A stretch of 64,000 bases of DNA from Nitrospirota bacterium (GTDB lineage: Bacteria; Nitrospirota; UBA9217): contig CAVVUN010000015.1 in the NCBI GenBank assembly GCA_963751455.1, positions 1,376,001 to 1,440,000 of the forward strand, read 5' to 3'. The notes beneath the pieces are model-generated. The model made no database searches. It had not been told where the DNA came from and was given only the letters and a program-made list of their open reading frames with translations. The translations under genes and the position numbers were made by a program. How positions within the stretch are numbered: the first letter of the stretch is position 1; each line of letters starts with the position of its first letter. Positions 28,999-39,320 of this stretch are shown here, one piece after another.

Positions 28999-29304
28999 AT
29001 GAAAAAAGCTTATACCGGATGGATCGTTCCGCTCGTTTTATGCCTTGCGCTCTTCGCCTGCACCGATGACAAGAACCCGGCGCAGCAGTACGGCAACACG
29101 ATGGTTGAGTCTCTCAAAACCGCGAAGAAGGTTGAAAAGAAGGTGAATGTGCTGACAGTGCAGAAATCAATACAGGAATACTACGCAGCCAACGGCCGCT
29201 ATCCTGCTGATCTGAACGAGGTCGCGGCGTTCAACGGTATGACCTTAGAGGGCGGCAATTATGATTACAATCCTGCGACGGGAACGTTGACAGAGAAGCC
29301 GTGA
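28999..29304 (+). CDS. Small lipoprotein with pseudopilin-G-like C-terminal segment
   Basis: aggagg RBS; lipobox LFAC; VQKSIQEYYAANGRYPADL resembles the helix and GxYP motif of T2SS G/pilins. Confidence 0.7.
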   Translation: MKKAYTGWIVPLVLCLALFACTDDKNPAQQYGNTMVESLKTAKKVEKKVNVLTVQKSIQEYYAANGRYPADLNEVAAFNGMTLEGGNYDYNPATGTLTEKP

Positions 29305-29829
29305 ACTTAGCGCGATGTCTCCGCGGGTCCACAACAATAGACCAAGACGCATCGGAAACATCAACGCAAAGAACAATAACTGTTGACGTCGAAAAATTAC
29401 TTTAGCTCACCTCATTCTTGTTTAGCTTCGTGCCTTCGCGTGCGCCCACCTGTGCCCAGCATTTTCCTGACATGAAGCTGAAATGCTTGAGTATCCGGTT
29501 CTTGTATCTGAGCTGGCCGATTTCTCTGATAGCAAAGCGCCCGGCGAAAAGCGGAGAGATCATAGCTCTGACGTATCCTCTTACAAATCCTGTCGTCTAC
29601 TGTTCCAGCCCGTTCATTCCTGATTTTTCCATATAAATCTCGGTTTGTTACTTATATATACATATTAAAATAGCAAGAAAAGCCTAACGTTTTAGCAAGA
29701 AAAGCCGAGACAATAATTTTATTTTATGTAACAATCCGTAAAATTCCGTAGATCCCTGTAGGCCTTCCAGTATCTCAACCGTCATACGGATAAATTTCTG
29801 TAAATAGCGATTCCCAATCTATCAAGATT

Positions 29830-29944
29830 GTAAAAAGTCGTCTCCCCGGTGAAAACCGGGGTCCAGTGGTTATCGAACTTATTGAAAAGACTGGATACCG
29901 GCGTTCGCCGGTATGACGAAATTGGGTGTTTTCTGACTTCTTAC
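29830..29944. mobile_element. Small palindromic MITE/RPE-like element
   Basis: Terminal inverted repeats gtaaaaagtc / gacttcttac enclose hairpins ccccggtgaaaaccgggg and taccggcgttcgccggta. Confidence 0.65.
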
Positions 29945-29999
29945 GAATGCATCAAAGATTGGCATAACGATTATTCAATACTAAACGGAGGATTTAATC

Positions 30000-31109
30000 A
30001 TGCAGATGGACATGCACTACTACGGAACGTATGCACTGGCAAGAGCAGCCGGCATAAAGGCAGATTCAGCAAAGATTATCGCCACAGCCGCTCAATATGT
30101 CGATGATGCCGCAGAAACGACAACGTACAAATGCAAGGACAAAAGCTGTATCCACGCGCAAGCAACCGGCCATCACGCGAGCAACATACAAAATCTCCTC
30201 CCCATAGACCAGCGGCACGTCTGGGTCCCGTTCCACTTTCTTCCGGGAAACACAGGCAATAACTTTGAAGAGCGGCTGCAATGCGGAAAGGACAGCCAGG
30301 TTGCGAAGGATATGGTGAAAACTAATCTGGCACTCGCTCTTTCAGGCACGCCGTTCGCGCTCGAACTGCTCGGAATTACCGCACATGTGTATGCAGACAC
30401 CTTTTCTCACTTCGGGTTTTCAGGCATCGGTTCGGATCTTAACCGGGTAAAAAACGACACTATTAACGTTAAAGTTGTTGACCCTGAGATTGAAAAATAT
30501 ATTAAAGACAAGGCGAAGAGTTTTTTCAGCAAGAACGGGATCAAGGGAATAAAGGCGGTCTATCAAAAGGTGGTCAGTGTTTTTGGGGGAGGCGCCGCTG
30601 AGATGCTTTCCTCAGGCCTGGGACATGGCGCTGTCGCAACATATCCGGACCGGCCGTATTTAAGCTGGGATTTTCAATACGAGCAGGGAGGCAGATCCTC
30701 GGTCAGAGACAACCGGGAGAGCTTTCTTGAAGCCTGTGAAGCGCTTCATGCCTTATTTTCCGTATTTTCAAAAATTGCAAAGAAATATTCAGATTTCAAG
30801 AGCAGATGCGAGTTCAAGGAGATCAGGGACCAGGTTTCACAAATACTTAAAACGGAGGCTGACGAGGAGGGCCGGATAGCCGCGTGGCAGGAAGCATTAA
30901 AACAAGGAAAATTGTACGACGGGACAGAAGAGAGTATTCCTGTATACAGCGGCGATACCTGGGACAGCCAGCTTAAAGACTATGATGGACTGGCAACACC
31001 CTTGGACGCTACTCAACTTCCGGTCTACCGGTTCCATCAGGCGGCAAGTTATCACCGGCATACGATTTTGCACCATTTGCTTCCTTCGCAAAAGCTGTTG
31101 GTGGTTTAA
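30000..31109 (+). CDS. DUF6765-type protein (zinc-dependent phospholipase C-like motifs)
   Basis: MQxDxHYYGTYALARAAG start, QYVDD, VPFHFLPG, HVYADTFSH, GHG; ggagg RBS. Confidence 0.7.
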   Translation: MQMDMHYYGTYALARAAGIKADSAKIIATAAQYVDDAAETTTYKCKDKSCIHAQATGHHASNIQNLLPIDQRHVWVPFHFLPGNTGNNFEERLQCGKDSQVAKDMVKTNLALALSGTPFALELLGITAHVYADTFSHFGFSGIGSDLNRVKNDTINVKVVDPEIEKYIKDKAKSFFSKNGIKGIKAVYQKVVSVFGGGAAEMLSSGLGHGAVATYPDRPYLSWDFQYEQGGRSSVRDNRESFLEACEALHALFSVFSKIAKKYSDFKSRCEFKEIRDQVSQILKTEADEEGRIAAWQEALKQGKLYDGTEESIPVYSGDTWDSQLKDYDGLATPLDATQLPVYRFHQAASYHRHTILHHLLPSQKLLVV

Positions 31110-31173
31110 AGAAACGTCTCGGGGAGAATATACCAAAACGACAGAATCTCACTTTACGATACAAGGAGAGAAT

Positions 31174-33102
31174 ATGGCGAATACTGATGGGCCTAAAACC
31201 AAAAGCGGGCGAAAAGTGAACGTGAGACCGGACACATTCGATTTCCGTGACCGTATGTTCGAACCGACCCTTGCCGAAGTCCCGGAGTCAATCGACCTCG
31301 CAGGGTACCAAAAAATCAGAGTGCCGGTCCTTGATCAGGGATCGGAAGGGGCCTGTACAGGATTCGGTCTCGCTACGGTAGTAAATTATCTTCTCCGGAC
31401 CCGCAAGCACGATCCGGATAAAAAACAGGTAAGCCCGTGGATGCTCTACTACCTGGCCAAACGGTACGACGAATGGCAAGGCGAGAATTATGAAGGATCA
31501 AGCGCACGGGGCGCCATGAAGGGCTGGCAAAAACACGGAGCCTGCACTTCTGAACTCTTCAACAAGAGCGACGCAACGTTGAAGCCGGCGGCTGCAAAAG
31601 AAGCAACGAAGCGTCCGCTCGGCGGTTATTTTCGTGTCAATCATAAAGATCTCGTGGCCATGCATTGCGCAATCGCGGAAGTGGGCGTGCTGTATGCAAC
31701 CGCAAGCGTACACGACGGGTGGGACGAAGTGAAAGCTGACGGCATCATCAAGTACCGCGAGCGCAATCTCGGAGGCCATGCATTCGCCATCGTGGCCTAT
31801 GACGATGAGGGCTTCTGGATACAGAATTCCTGGGGCCCGAAGTGGGGAAAAAAAGGGTTTGCCCGGATCAATTACGACGACTGGCTCGCAAACGGCACCG
31901 ATGTCTGGGTAGCCCGTCTCGGGGTTCCGGTAAAACTGCAGACTGCGCGAGGCGTTGCGGCCCGGCATTCCGCAGTTGCAGTGACTTCGGATGCTTTTGC
32001 TAATTATGAATTGCGCCGCCATATCGTAAGCATCGGCAACGACGGTCTTCTGAGCCCGAAGGGAGCATACGGGACCGATGCGGACGACGTGAAGCATATC
32101 TTTGAGGATTACTTCCCGGAAACGACGGCCGAATGGAAGAAAAAGCGCATCCTGCTGTATGCGCACGGCGGACTCGTGGACGAAGAGTCCGCGGTCCAGC
32201 GTCTGGCGGACTACCGGCCGATCATGCTTGGGGCGGAAGTATATCCGGTTTTCTTCATCTGGCATACGGACCTCTGGTCCACGCTTGGCGATATATTACA
32301 GGATGCGGTCAAGCGCCGCAGGCCCGAAGGTTTCATGGAAGCAGCAAAAGACTTCCTGCTCGACCGCCTGGATGACAGGCTCGAACGACTTGCCCGCCTG
32401 CTCGGCGGAGCGCGCATCTGGAGCGAAATGAAAGAAAATGCCGGGAAGGCGTCGGCAGAAAAACACGGCGCGGCTATTACAGCCTCCTTCCTCAAGCAAC
32501 TGCTCGAAGAAAAACCCGGACCTCGAAGTCCATATCGCGGGACACAGCGCGGGAAGTATTTTTCATGCACATCTCGTTCATCTCCTGGCCGGGACCGGTA
32601 ACGTCAAGGTAAAAACCTGCACTCTCTGGGCGCCGGCATGCACGACCGGACTCTTTAAGCAAACATATCTGCCCGCCCTCGGCAGGAACATCGAACGTCT
32701 GGCCATGTTCACTCTTACCGACAAAGCCGAGCAGGACGACAATTGCGTAAATATCTACAACAAGTCCCTGCTCTATCTTGTTTCAAATGCCTTTGAGGAC
32801 AAGCAGCACATTCCGCTTATCAGCGACGGCGAGCCTTTGCTCGGATGGAAAAATTCATCAGTGCCGACAATCAACTGAAAGACCTTTTTACGAGCGGCGC
32901 CGCAGACTGGGTCCGCGCCCCCAATAATGAAACCGACCGGCTCAAGCACTCGACGGCGAGGCACCACCAGGATTTCGACGACGATGCGCCCACGATCCAG
33001 GCGACGCTTGCCAGGATCCTCGGCGACGGGGAGACGCGGGTTCCGCTCAAGTTCCACAAATCCGCATCAGCGTACAAAAGCCAGCGAAAAAGGCTGCAGT
33101 GA
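31174..33102 (+). pseudogene. C1 (papain-like) peptidase + alpha/beta-hydrolase fusion, split by two frameshifts (possibly sequencing errors)
   Basis: DQGSEGACTGF, GGHAF and QNSWG form the C1 triad; YAHGGL is present; GHSAG appears in the next frame after an extra A at ~32515; a second shift at ~32844 restores LLGMEKF. Confidence 0.8.
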
Positions 33103-33140
33103 TTGTATATAATTGAATTTCATTTCAAAGGAGGCATTTT

Positions 33141-33716
33141 ATGGCTGAAATCAATGATTTTTTAAACCCGAAGTCCATGATCACACCGGGCATTACCGTC
33201 ACTCTTACCGTCAGTATCTCGACAGCCCTCGCCAATGCCTTTAGTTTAAGATTCCCCTGGGTAGCCATTTTTGTGAGCTTTATGATCGCTGTGCTTGTTG
33301 TATTGCCGCGCGAGAAGGACCACATCAAGGGTAAAAGGCCGCATCTCGAGCGTCCAGTGTATTGTATTTTAAATACGCTCATCATTTTTTCAATGAGCCT
33401 CGGAACGGGAAAATCGATCGATGCCGCACCGAAGCCCCCGGAACCTTCTCCGGCGATACTGGATATTCTGAAAAAAATTGACGCAACGAAAGCCGGTGAA
33501 TCCGGATTCAATTTATTCGGAATCCAGGCGGCGTACGCCCAGGAAAACGGGAAGGGAAAGGGAACAACAGATAAGCCCGGGAAAAAGGATTCAAAGTCCA
33601 GGAAGCAGTCGAAAAAACTGAGTGACGCGGAGCAGCAGCAGTTACAGGAATACCTCAAAGAGCTGAAGGACTATGAGGAGAAAAAGGAGAAACATGATAA
33701 AAAATGGTCGTTCTGA
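33141..33716 (+). CDS. Membrane protein (about 3 TM) with charged C-terminal tail
   Basis: ggagg RBS; FLNPKSMITPG start; hydrophobic segments. Confidence 0.7.
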   Translation: MAEINDFLNPKSMITPGITVTLTVSISTALANAFSLRFPWVAIFVSFMIAVLVVLPREKDHIKGKRPHLERPVYCILNTLIIFSMSLGTGKSIDAAPKPPEPSPAILDILKKIDATKAGESGFNLFGIQAAYAQENGKGKGTTDKPGKKDSKSRKQSKKLSDAEQQQLQEYLKELKDYEEKKEKHDKKWSF

Positions 33717-33752
33717 TATGTCGATCACTTGACGGGATAAAGGGAGATCACT

Positions 33753-34352
33753 ATGGCGGAACCGTTAGGACTTCCGAAAACCGGAAAACCGCGGCTGTCT
33801 ACCGCTGACCTGGAGACGCTTCTAGCGCCTTTTGCGCTCGACAGGACTCGTCACCCTCTGATCGTGCTGGGGTATCGAGGCTATTACCGGAATACCATGG
33901 GCGCTCCGGGAGTCAACGACCGCGGCATATACGACGACGCGCTGTTTCTGCATTCACCGGGCGCTTTTGCCGCTTTCAACGGGAATACGGACCCGTCCAG
34001 ATATCGAAAAGGGACCGGCACAAATAAAAACAAGGGCATGGCTACGCTCAAGGCGGGCGCATGGTACGTGCATAAGTTCGACAAGCACAACGGGAAGTAT
34101 CTTGCGCTCTGCCAGCGGCTGGGCCCGGTCACGGTCCTTCGGGACGGAGACCCTCCGTACGACCATACCGGCGAGTTCGGGATCAACATTCACCGGGGAG
34201 GCTACACGACAACGTCGAGCGAAGGGTGCCAGACGATCCATCCCGAGCAATGGGAGAGTTTTATAACCCTCGCAGTCGATCAGGCCAGACGGTACCATGG
34301 GGAAAAATGGAATAAGAGTGTGATCCGTTACATCTTATTGGAAAATGTCTAG
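33753..34352 (+). CDS. Protein with YkuD/L,D-transpeptidase-like catalytic motif
   Basis: GINIHRGG...SEGCQ fits the H-x(n)-SxGC pattern. Confidence 0.6.
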   Translation: MAEPLGLPKTGKPRLSTADLETLLAPFALDRTRHPLIVLGYRGYYRNTMGAPGVNDRGIYDDALFLHSPGAFAAFNGNTDPSRYRKGTGTNKNKGMATLKAGAWYVHKFDKHNGKYLALCQRLGPVTVLRDGDPPYDHTGEFGINIHRGGYTTTSSEGCQTIHPEQWESFITLAVDQARRYHGEKWNKSVIRYILLENV

Positions 34353-34367
34353 GGGGGAAACGACGAA

Positions 34368-35300
34368 ATGGCAACGAGCAAGGCTAAGGTTCAAAAAGCA
34401 AAACGCAAGACAAAGGCCCAGGCAAAGAAGACAAGGGAAAAGCGGTTACTGAAAGTGACGATCCGTGAGACTGTTGCAGAAAGACAGGAAATTCTGGCAA
34501 AGCGGGTCGAGATGGATCGTGATGAACGCTTCAAGGAATATGTAAATAAAATCAGGAAACCCGGTCCTCGCCGGTTGGCACTGACGGCCAAAAGGCAGCG
34601 TACAATTCTGGCAGAAGGCGATTCCTGGTTTAAATACCCGCTTGAAAACGGGGGAATCATCTCGTTTCTGCAGAATCTGCTCGATATCGAGATTTGCCTG
34701 GCCCATCCTGGAGATGAAGTTCGGAACATGATGGGAGTTTCTCAACGAAAGGAATTGATCAAGAGATTGTCCGATACGCGGGTGCACTTCGATATCCTGC
34801 TCTTTTCAGGAGGGGGAAACGATCTCGTGGGGGACCAGTTCTGTATCTGGCTCAACGAGTATAAGGAAGGAAACATTGCCGTACAGATCATAGACCAGAA
34901 TCGCCTTGACGCGGTCCTCTCCCTCCTCGAAGCCGGGTACCGCGACCTGATTGCGATACGCGACGCGGTAAGTCCGGATACAAAACTGTTCTTTCACGGA
35001 TATGATTTCCCGGATCCGAACGGAGTGAAGGCGTGCTTCGTCGGCCCCTGGCTGAAGCCCTCGCTCGAGTTCAGGTGCGTACCGAAGGCACTTCGGTATG
35101 ATGTCGTGAAGATCATGCTGGAAAAATTTGGACAGATGCTTCAGAGGCTGTCTGCGGTGCATGCGAATGTTTTTTATATTCCGACGCAAAACAGCTTGCA
35201 GCCGACAGAGCAATGGTGGGCGAATGAAATTCATCCGTCACCGGAAGGGTTCCGAAGACTGGCTGAGGTATTCAAAAATGAGCTGGACCGGCACATGTAA
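34368..35300 (+). CDS. SGNH/GDSL hydrolase
   Basis: AEGDSW, SGGGND and NEIHP blocks. Confidence 0.85.
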   Translation: MATSKAKVQKAKRKTKAQAKKTREKRLLKVTIRETVAERQEILAKRVEMDRDERFKEYVNKIRKPGPRRLALTAKRQRTILAEGDSWFKYPLENGGIISFLQNLLDIEICLAHPGDEVRNMMGVSQRKELIKRLSDTRVHFDILLFSGGGNDLVGDQFCIWLNEYKEGNIAVQIIDQNRLDAVLSLLEAGYRDLIAIRDAVSPDTKLFFHGYDFPDPNGVKACFVGPWLKPSLEFRCVPKALRYDVVKIMLEKFGQMLQRLSAVHANVFYIPTQNSLQPTEQWWANEIHPSPEGFRRLAEVFKNELDRHM

Positions 35301-35378
35301 TAAATAAAGAAGGATCAAATCTTACAGGCATCGGGATAATTCGGGCGAATACAACTGCAAATACCAAAAGGGGATAAG

Positions 35379-36374
35379 ATGATAAAAAACATTGTTCTGT
35401 TCATCGCAGTATTGCTTTTGCCTGGTTTCTTGTGTACAGAAGTGCAAGCTGAAGCGCCGGCTCCTGCTCCTTTGACGGTCAAATCGCTCAGTCCCAAGGC
35501 AGGTATTGAAAACACGATATTGACTATCAACGGAACCGGTTTTGGAGATAAAAAAGAAGATGTATCCGTCAAATTTACATCGAACACCTCGGAATTCGAG
35601 GGTTTTGTTTTAACCTGCGCTGAGCAAAAAATTACAGTTCTCATACCGCCGCTCATGGAGAGTGATCTGGTCACCGTAACAGTTACGAGGAACAAAACAT
35701 CTACTGTCCCCGTTCCCTTTGCAATATACGCGAGCACTCTTGTAGATGAAGCTATAAGCCTTAAAAAAGCCGGGAAGTCGGACGAGTTCATTGCGGATTT
35801 ACTATATAATCAGAGAAAATTATCTTCAGAAAAGGGTGTCGAGCAGGACCAGGTTTTTGGTGTTTACCATTTCGCGGCTGGGGAACCGGAAAGACTCTCT
35901 CAGGCGGGTTTGAGTGACGATTTTATAAAAAAATTGCAGGGTCAGAACCAATATATTACCGTCGGCCTTGCCGGTGTCTGGCTGAACAGGACCTCGGAAT
36001 TCGTACCTGCCCCGCTGGTCCGCATTTTTTTGATACCCAGAAGCTATTATGACTGGGAAACGGAATATTTCCCGCACGTGAAGATTCCCGGGTTGACCTG
36101 GCTGCTATGGCCTGCCGGTCTTGGACAACTGAAGAGATGGGACCTCAATATCGGAGTTACCACTTCAACATCAACCACGGAGAATCCGGGCGATCCGGAC
36201 GGCAAGACAAATTATATCATGGTAGGTTTATCTCATGAAATCAACAGGGCCGCGCTTCTTAATGTGGGCGTAGGTGTGGCCACAGGAAGCACTGAAGGGA
36301 TAAAGAAACAGACGTATTTCGGAGTTACTGTTGATTCCAATCTCTTGAAGCTCCTGGGCATTATGAACCCGTAA
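35379..36374 (+). CDS. Secreted IPT/TIG-domain protein
   Basis: Signal peptide; SLSPKAG...LTINGTGFG IPT motif; beta-rich C-terminus. Confidence 0.7.
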   Translation: MIKNIVLFIAVLLLPGFLCTEVQAEAPAPAPLTVKSLSPKAGIENTILTINGTGFGDKKEDVSVKFTSNTSEFEGFVLTCAEQKITVLIPPLMESDLVTVTVTRNKTSTVPVPFAIYASTLVDEAISLKKAGKSDEFIADLLYNQRKLSSEKGVEQDQVFGVYHFAAGEPERLSQAGLSDDFIKKLQGQNQYITVGLAGVWLNRTSEFVPAPLVRIFLIPRSYYDWETEYFPHVKIPGLTWLLWPAGLGQLKRWDLNIGVTTSTSTTENPGDPDGKTNYIMVGLSHEINRAALLNVGVGVATGSTEGIKKQTYFGVTVDSNLLKLLGIMNP

Positions 36375-36603
36375 GCAGGGCGTCAGAAGCAGCCGAAATG
36401 CAGCGCAATTTCAACGAACGGATCTTGTCCCATGAGGTCATATTTGCATTGTTAAGCTGGACGGATTTCTCCAGGGTCTTGGATACATCCAAAAGAAGAG
36501 TTTGACAACCTGATGTTTCAGTGCGGCGCCAAAATCGGCAGATTGTGATGCGTACCATGAAAATCGAAAGTGACCTGTTCGAATTTCATGGCAGCGAAGC
36601 AGC

Positions 36604-36649
36604 TTGACAGCACTTGCGATCCTGAGTAAAATCACTCAACGTATTGAGT
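36604..36649 (+). promoter_or_regulatory. Sigma70-type promoter with adjacent palindromic operator
   Basis: TTGACA-17-TAAAAT (36604-36632) followed by actcaa-cgta-ttgagt. Confidence 0.65.
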
Positions 36650-36700
36650 AATTTGTAAATTGTATTTTCCCTATCGCTCAGGCAGGAGGCCCGTCCGAAG

Positions 36701-37894
36701 ATGTACCATCGCCCCATGTATCATACATTGCTGAAGAGACTGCGGGAACCGCGCAGATTCATTCAGGTCCTTGCGGGACCGAGGCAAACCGGGAAAACGA
36801 CCATGGTGCGGCAGGTGGCGGACGAGACCGGCATCCCGGTCCACTACGCCTCGGCGGACGAGCCCACGCTCCAGAGCCGGATATGGATCGAGCAACAGTG
36901 GGAAGCGGGAAGGCTTTTGGCAGCGGAAGCGGCTGCGGGCGGCACCGTCCTGGTCCTTGATGAGATCCAGAAGGTGACCGGCTGGTCCGAGGTGGTAAAG
37001 AAGCTTTGGGACGCGGACACCCGCAAGAAGACCGCCCTGAAGGTCGTTCTCCTTGGTTCCGCGCCGCTCCTCATACAGCGGGGACTGACCGAAAGCCTTG
37101 CCGGCCGGTTTGAGACCATCCCTGTTTCTCACTGGTCTTACGCCGAGATGCAGGAAGCCTTCGGATGGGAACTTGACCGCTACATCTACTTCGGCGGCTA
37201 TCCCGGAGCGGCCGACCTGATCGCCGACCGGCACCGCTGGTCGCGCTACATCATCGATTCGCTCATCGAGACCACGATTTCCCGGGATATCCTGCTCCTC
37301 ACGCGGGTCGACAAACCCGCGCTGCTCAGGCGGCTTTTCCAACTAGGCTGCTCGCATTCCGGCCAGATCCTTTCCTATCAAAAGATGACCGGGCAACTTC
37401 AGGACGCCGGCAACACGACGACCCTGGCCCATTACCTGGAATTGCTCGCCGGCGCGGGCATGCTGACCGGCCTGCATAAGTTCGCCGCAGGGCGGGTCCG
37501 CGAGCGGGCGTCGAGCCCCAAGTTGCAGGTATTGAACACCGCGCTCATCAGCGCGCAATCACCGTTGACCTTCGAGGAGGCCCTCAAAGACCGGGAGTTC
37601 TGGGGCAGGCTCGTAGAATCGGCGGTCGGCGCTCACCTGATAAACAGCGCGGTGGAAACGGGCGTCGAGGTTTTCTACTGGCGTGAACGAAATCGAGAAG
37701 TGGATTTTGTTCTTCGCTCCGGCAAAACCACGGTCGCCATCGAGGTAAAGAGCGGCTCGCACAAGGAGGGGCTCCCGGGCATGGACGCCTTTGAAAAGGC
37801 CTTCAAACCGAAGCGCAAAGTGCTGGTCGGCGAAGACGGCATTACTCTTGAAAAGTTCATGCGAACCCCGGCGGAGGAATGGGTTGCGCGTTGA
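36701..37894 (+). CDS. AAA_14 ATPase + DUF4143 (PD-(D/E)xK-like) protein
   Basis: GPRQTGKTT, LDEIQ, LLGS, GGYP, EVDFV...IEVK. Confidence 0.9.
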   Translation: MYHRPMYHTLLKRLREPRRFIQVLAGPRQTGKTTMVRQVADETGIPVHYASADEPTLQSRIWIEQQWEAGRLLAAEAAAGGTVLVLDEIQKVTGWSEVVKKLWDADTRKKTALKVVLLGSAPLLIQRGLTESLAGRFETIPVSHWSYAEMQEAFGWELDRYIYFGGYPGAADLIADRHRWSRYIIDSLIETTISRDILLLTRVDKPALLRRLFQLGCSHSGQILSYQKMTGQLQDAGNTTTLAHYLELLAGAGMLTGLHKFAAGRVRERASSPKLQVLNTALISAQSPLTFEEALKDREFWGRLVESAVGAHLINSAVETGVEVFYWRERNREVDFVLRSGKTTVAIEVKSGSHKEGLPGMDAFEKAFKPKRKVLVGEDGITLEKFMRTPAEEWVAR

Positions 37895-38189
37895 CCCGTC
37901 GAGCCGGGGGGTTACGCGATTCAAAATTTAGGCCCTGCAGTCTTTCTCCGCATCTCGGCGGTAAATAGAGGTTTTTTTGTGGTCGGGATTACCGGGGAAG
38001 TACCGGAGAAGTTCAAAGGCTCTGCGTGCTGACGGTTAGAGACGGCTAGAGTCAGAAAAACTTTAATTTTGTTACATAGTATGATATTCTGTCGCTGTCA
38101 ATAGCCTGATTGGTGCCCGCCTGGCTGTATATCCTTTATCTCTGCGGCCCGTGTCGTGATTTCTTTTTTGAAGGAGAAGTAACGGCCGC

Positions 38190-39200
38190 ATGACCCCTGG
38201 ACCTGAAGATATATCCCGTGAACAGATAGACCGCATGCCGGTGTCTGCAGGCTGGGCTGTTCAGGACGCGAAGGCGGTCAATCTTTACGCGAAACAGGGC
38301 GTGGCTATTCGTGAGTTCGAGCTTAAGTCCGGCTTCGGTACGGCTGATTATCTGCTCTACGTGGACGGTAAAGCAGCCGGTGTGATCGAAGCAAAAAAAG
38401 GCGGAGCGACGCTCACCGGCGTTGAGATCCAGTCAGCGAAATACAGCAAGGGCTTGCCTGATAGTCTTCCTGCATGGACGCGTCCGCTTCCGTTTTGCTA
38501 TCAATCAACAGTTACTTCATTTGTGATTGCAGATTTGAGATTGCCGATTTGGGCGTGGCCATCTGAGATCGATGATTTGCGATTGACGATGTAAAGACTA
38601 AATCTCAAAACGGCAATCTTAAATCCCAAAATTGGGGAGATATGCAAAAGAACAGCGATGAACTGAAGAAAAGGACAAAGAAATTTGCTCTGCAGGTCAT
38701 TGAGGCTGTGAAGCGATTTCCGAGAACGATGGAGGGAGAAATCATTGGGAAACAAGTCATGCCGTTGACGCGAAGATTATGAACGAAACTGAAGCTGCCC
38801 CGCTTCTTAAAGAGGCGGATGAATTGACGGCAATCTTTACTGCATCAAGAAAAACAGCGAGAAAGAATAAAGTTTGAGATTGACGCATTTGGCTGGTAGA
38901 TTCGGTAATCTCCAGATCTAAAATCGGAAATCATAAAATGAATTACATAAATCTCAGATCGCAGATCTGCAATCGTGAAATCTCTTTTGTGGAAGCCGAT
39001 TTTTACGTGGACAAGCGCGACCGCGAGACCCGGGCCGTGCGGTGGGAGCGGCTCGATGATGCGGCGGCTTTTCAATGCGGCTTGCGAGGTCTTTGGCTAC
39101 TCGCCATTCGCATAGCACGGAGGTCTTGGAAAACTGCACATGATATTCGGAAAGGACTACGCGAAGATACTCGATGAGTTGAGCGGCTCTCTTGGCATGA
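38190..39200 (+). pseudogene. hsdR: Collapsed type I restriction subunit remnant (N-terminus, mid fragment, C-terminus) interrupted by a four-helix-bundle element
   Basis: 38190-38510 matches the N-terminus of 40153 (ADYLLYV..GVIEAKK..FCYQST). 38989-39057 matches VEAGFYVDKRDRETRAVRWERLD. ~39090-39190 reads FGYSPFA*HGGLGKLHMIFGKDYAKILDEL, an EcoEI-R-like C-terminus. Confidence 0.8.
38642..38877 (+). pseudogene. Internally deleted four-helix-bundle (23S rRNA IVP / TIGR02436-like) gene
   Basis: MQKNSDELKKRTKKFALQVIEAVKRFPRTMEGEIIGKQV, then in another frame LLKEADELTAIFTASRKTARK*; flanked by inverted heptamer arrays (gattgcagatttgagatt / aatctcagatcgcagatctgcaatc). Confidence 0.75.
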
Positions 39201-39320
39201 GCGCGTGGACGAGGATCCGGCTTTGCATAAAACGAATTGGGTACTTTCCAATTAAATGGATAAGGAATTGGGTAAAGTCGAAGGGTTTCTTGTATACAAC
39301 AATATTGTTGTTGAATGATT

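Noticed and set aside
29418-29636. Small ORF between the toxin locus and the hydrolase cluster
   Set aside because: No RBS or recognisable motif on either strand.
30982-31173. N-terminal extension of the C1 peptidase
   Set aside because: Overlaps DUF6765; the aggag RBS supports ATG 31174.
38642-38877. Diversity-generating retroelement (Avd-like four-helix gene plus duplicated segments)
   Set aside because: No reverse transcriptase in the window, and differences between duplicates (e.g. 56723 against 60019) are not adenine-specific.
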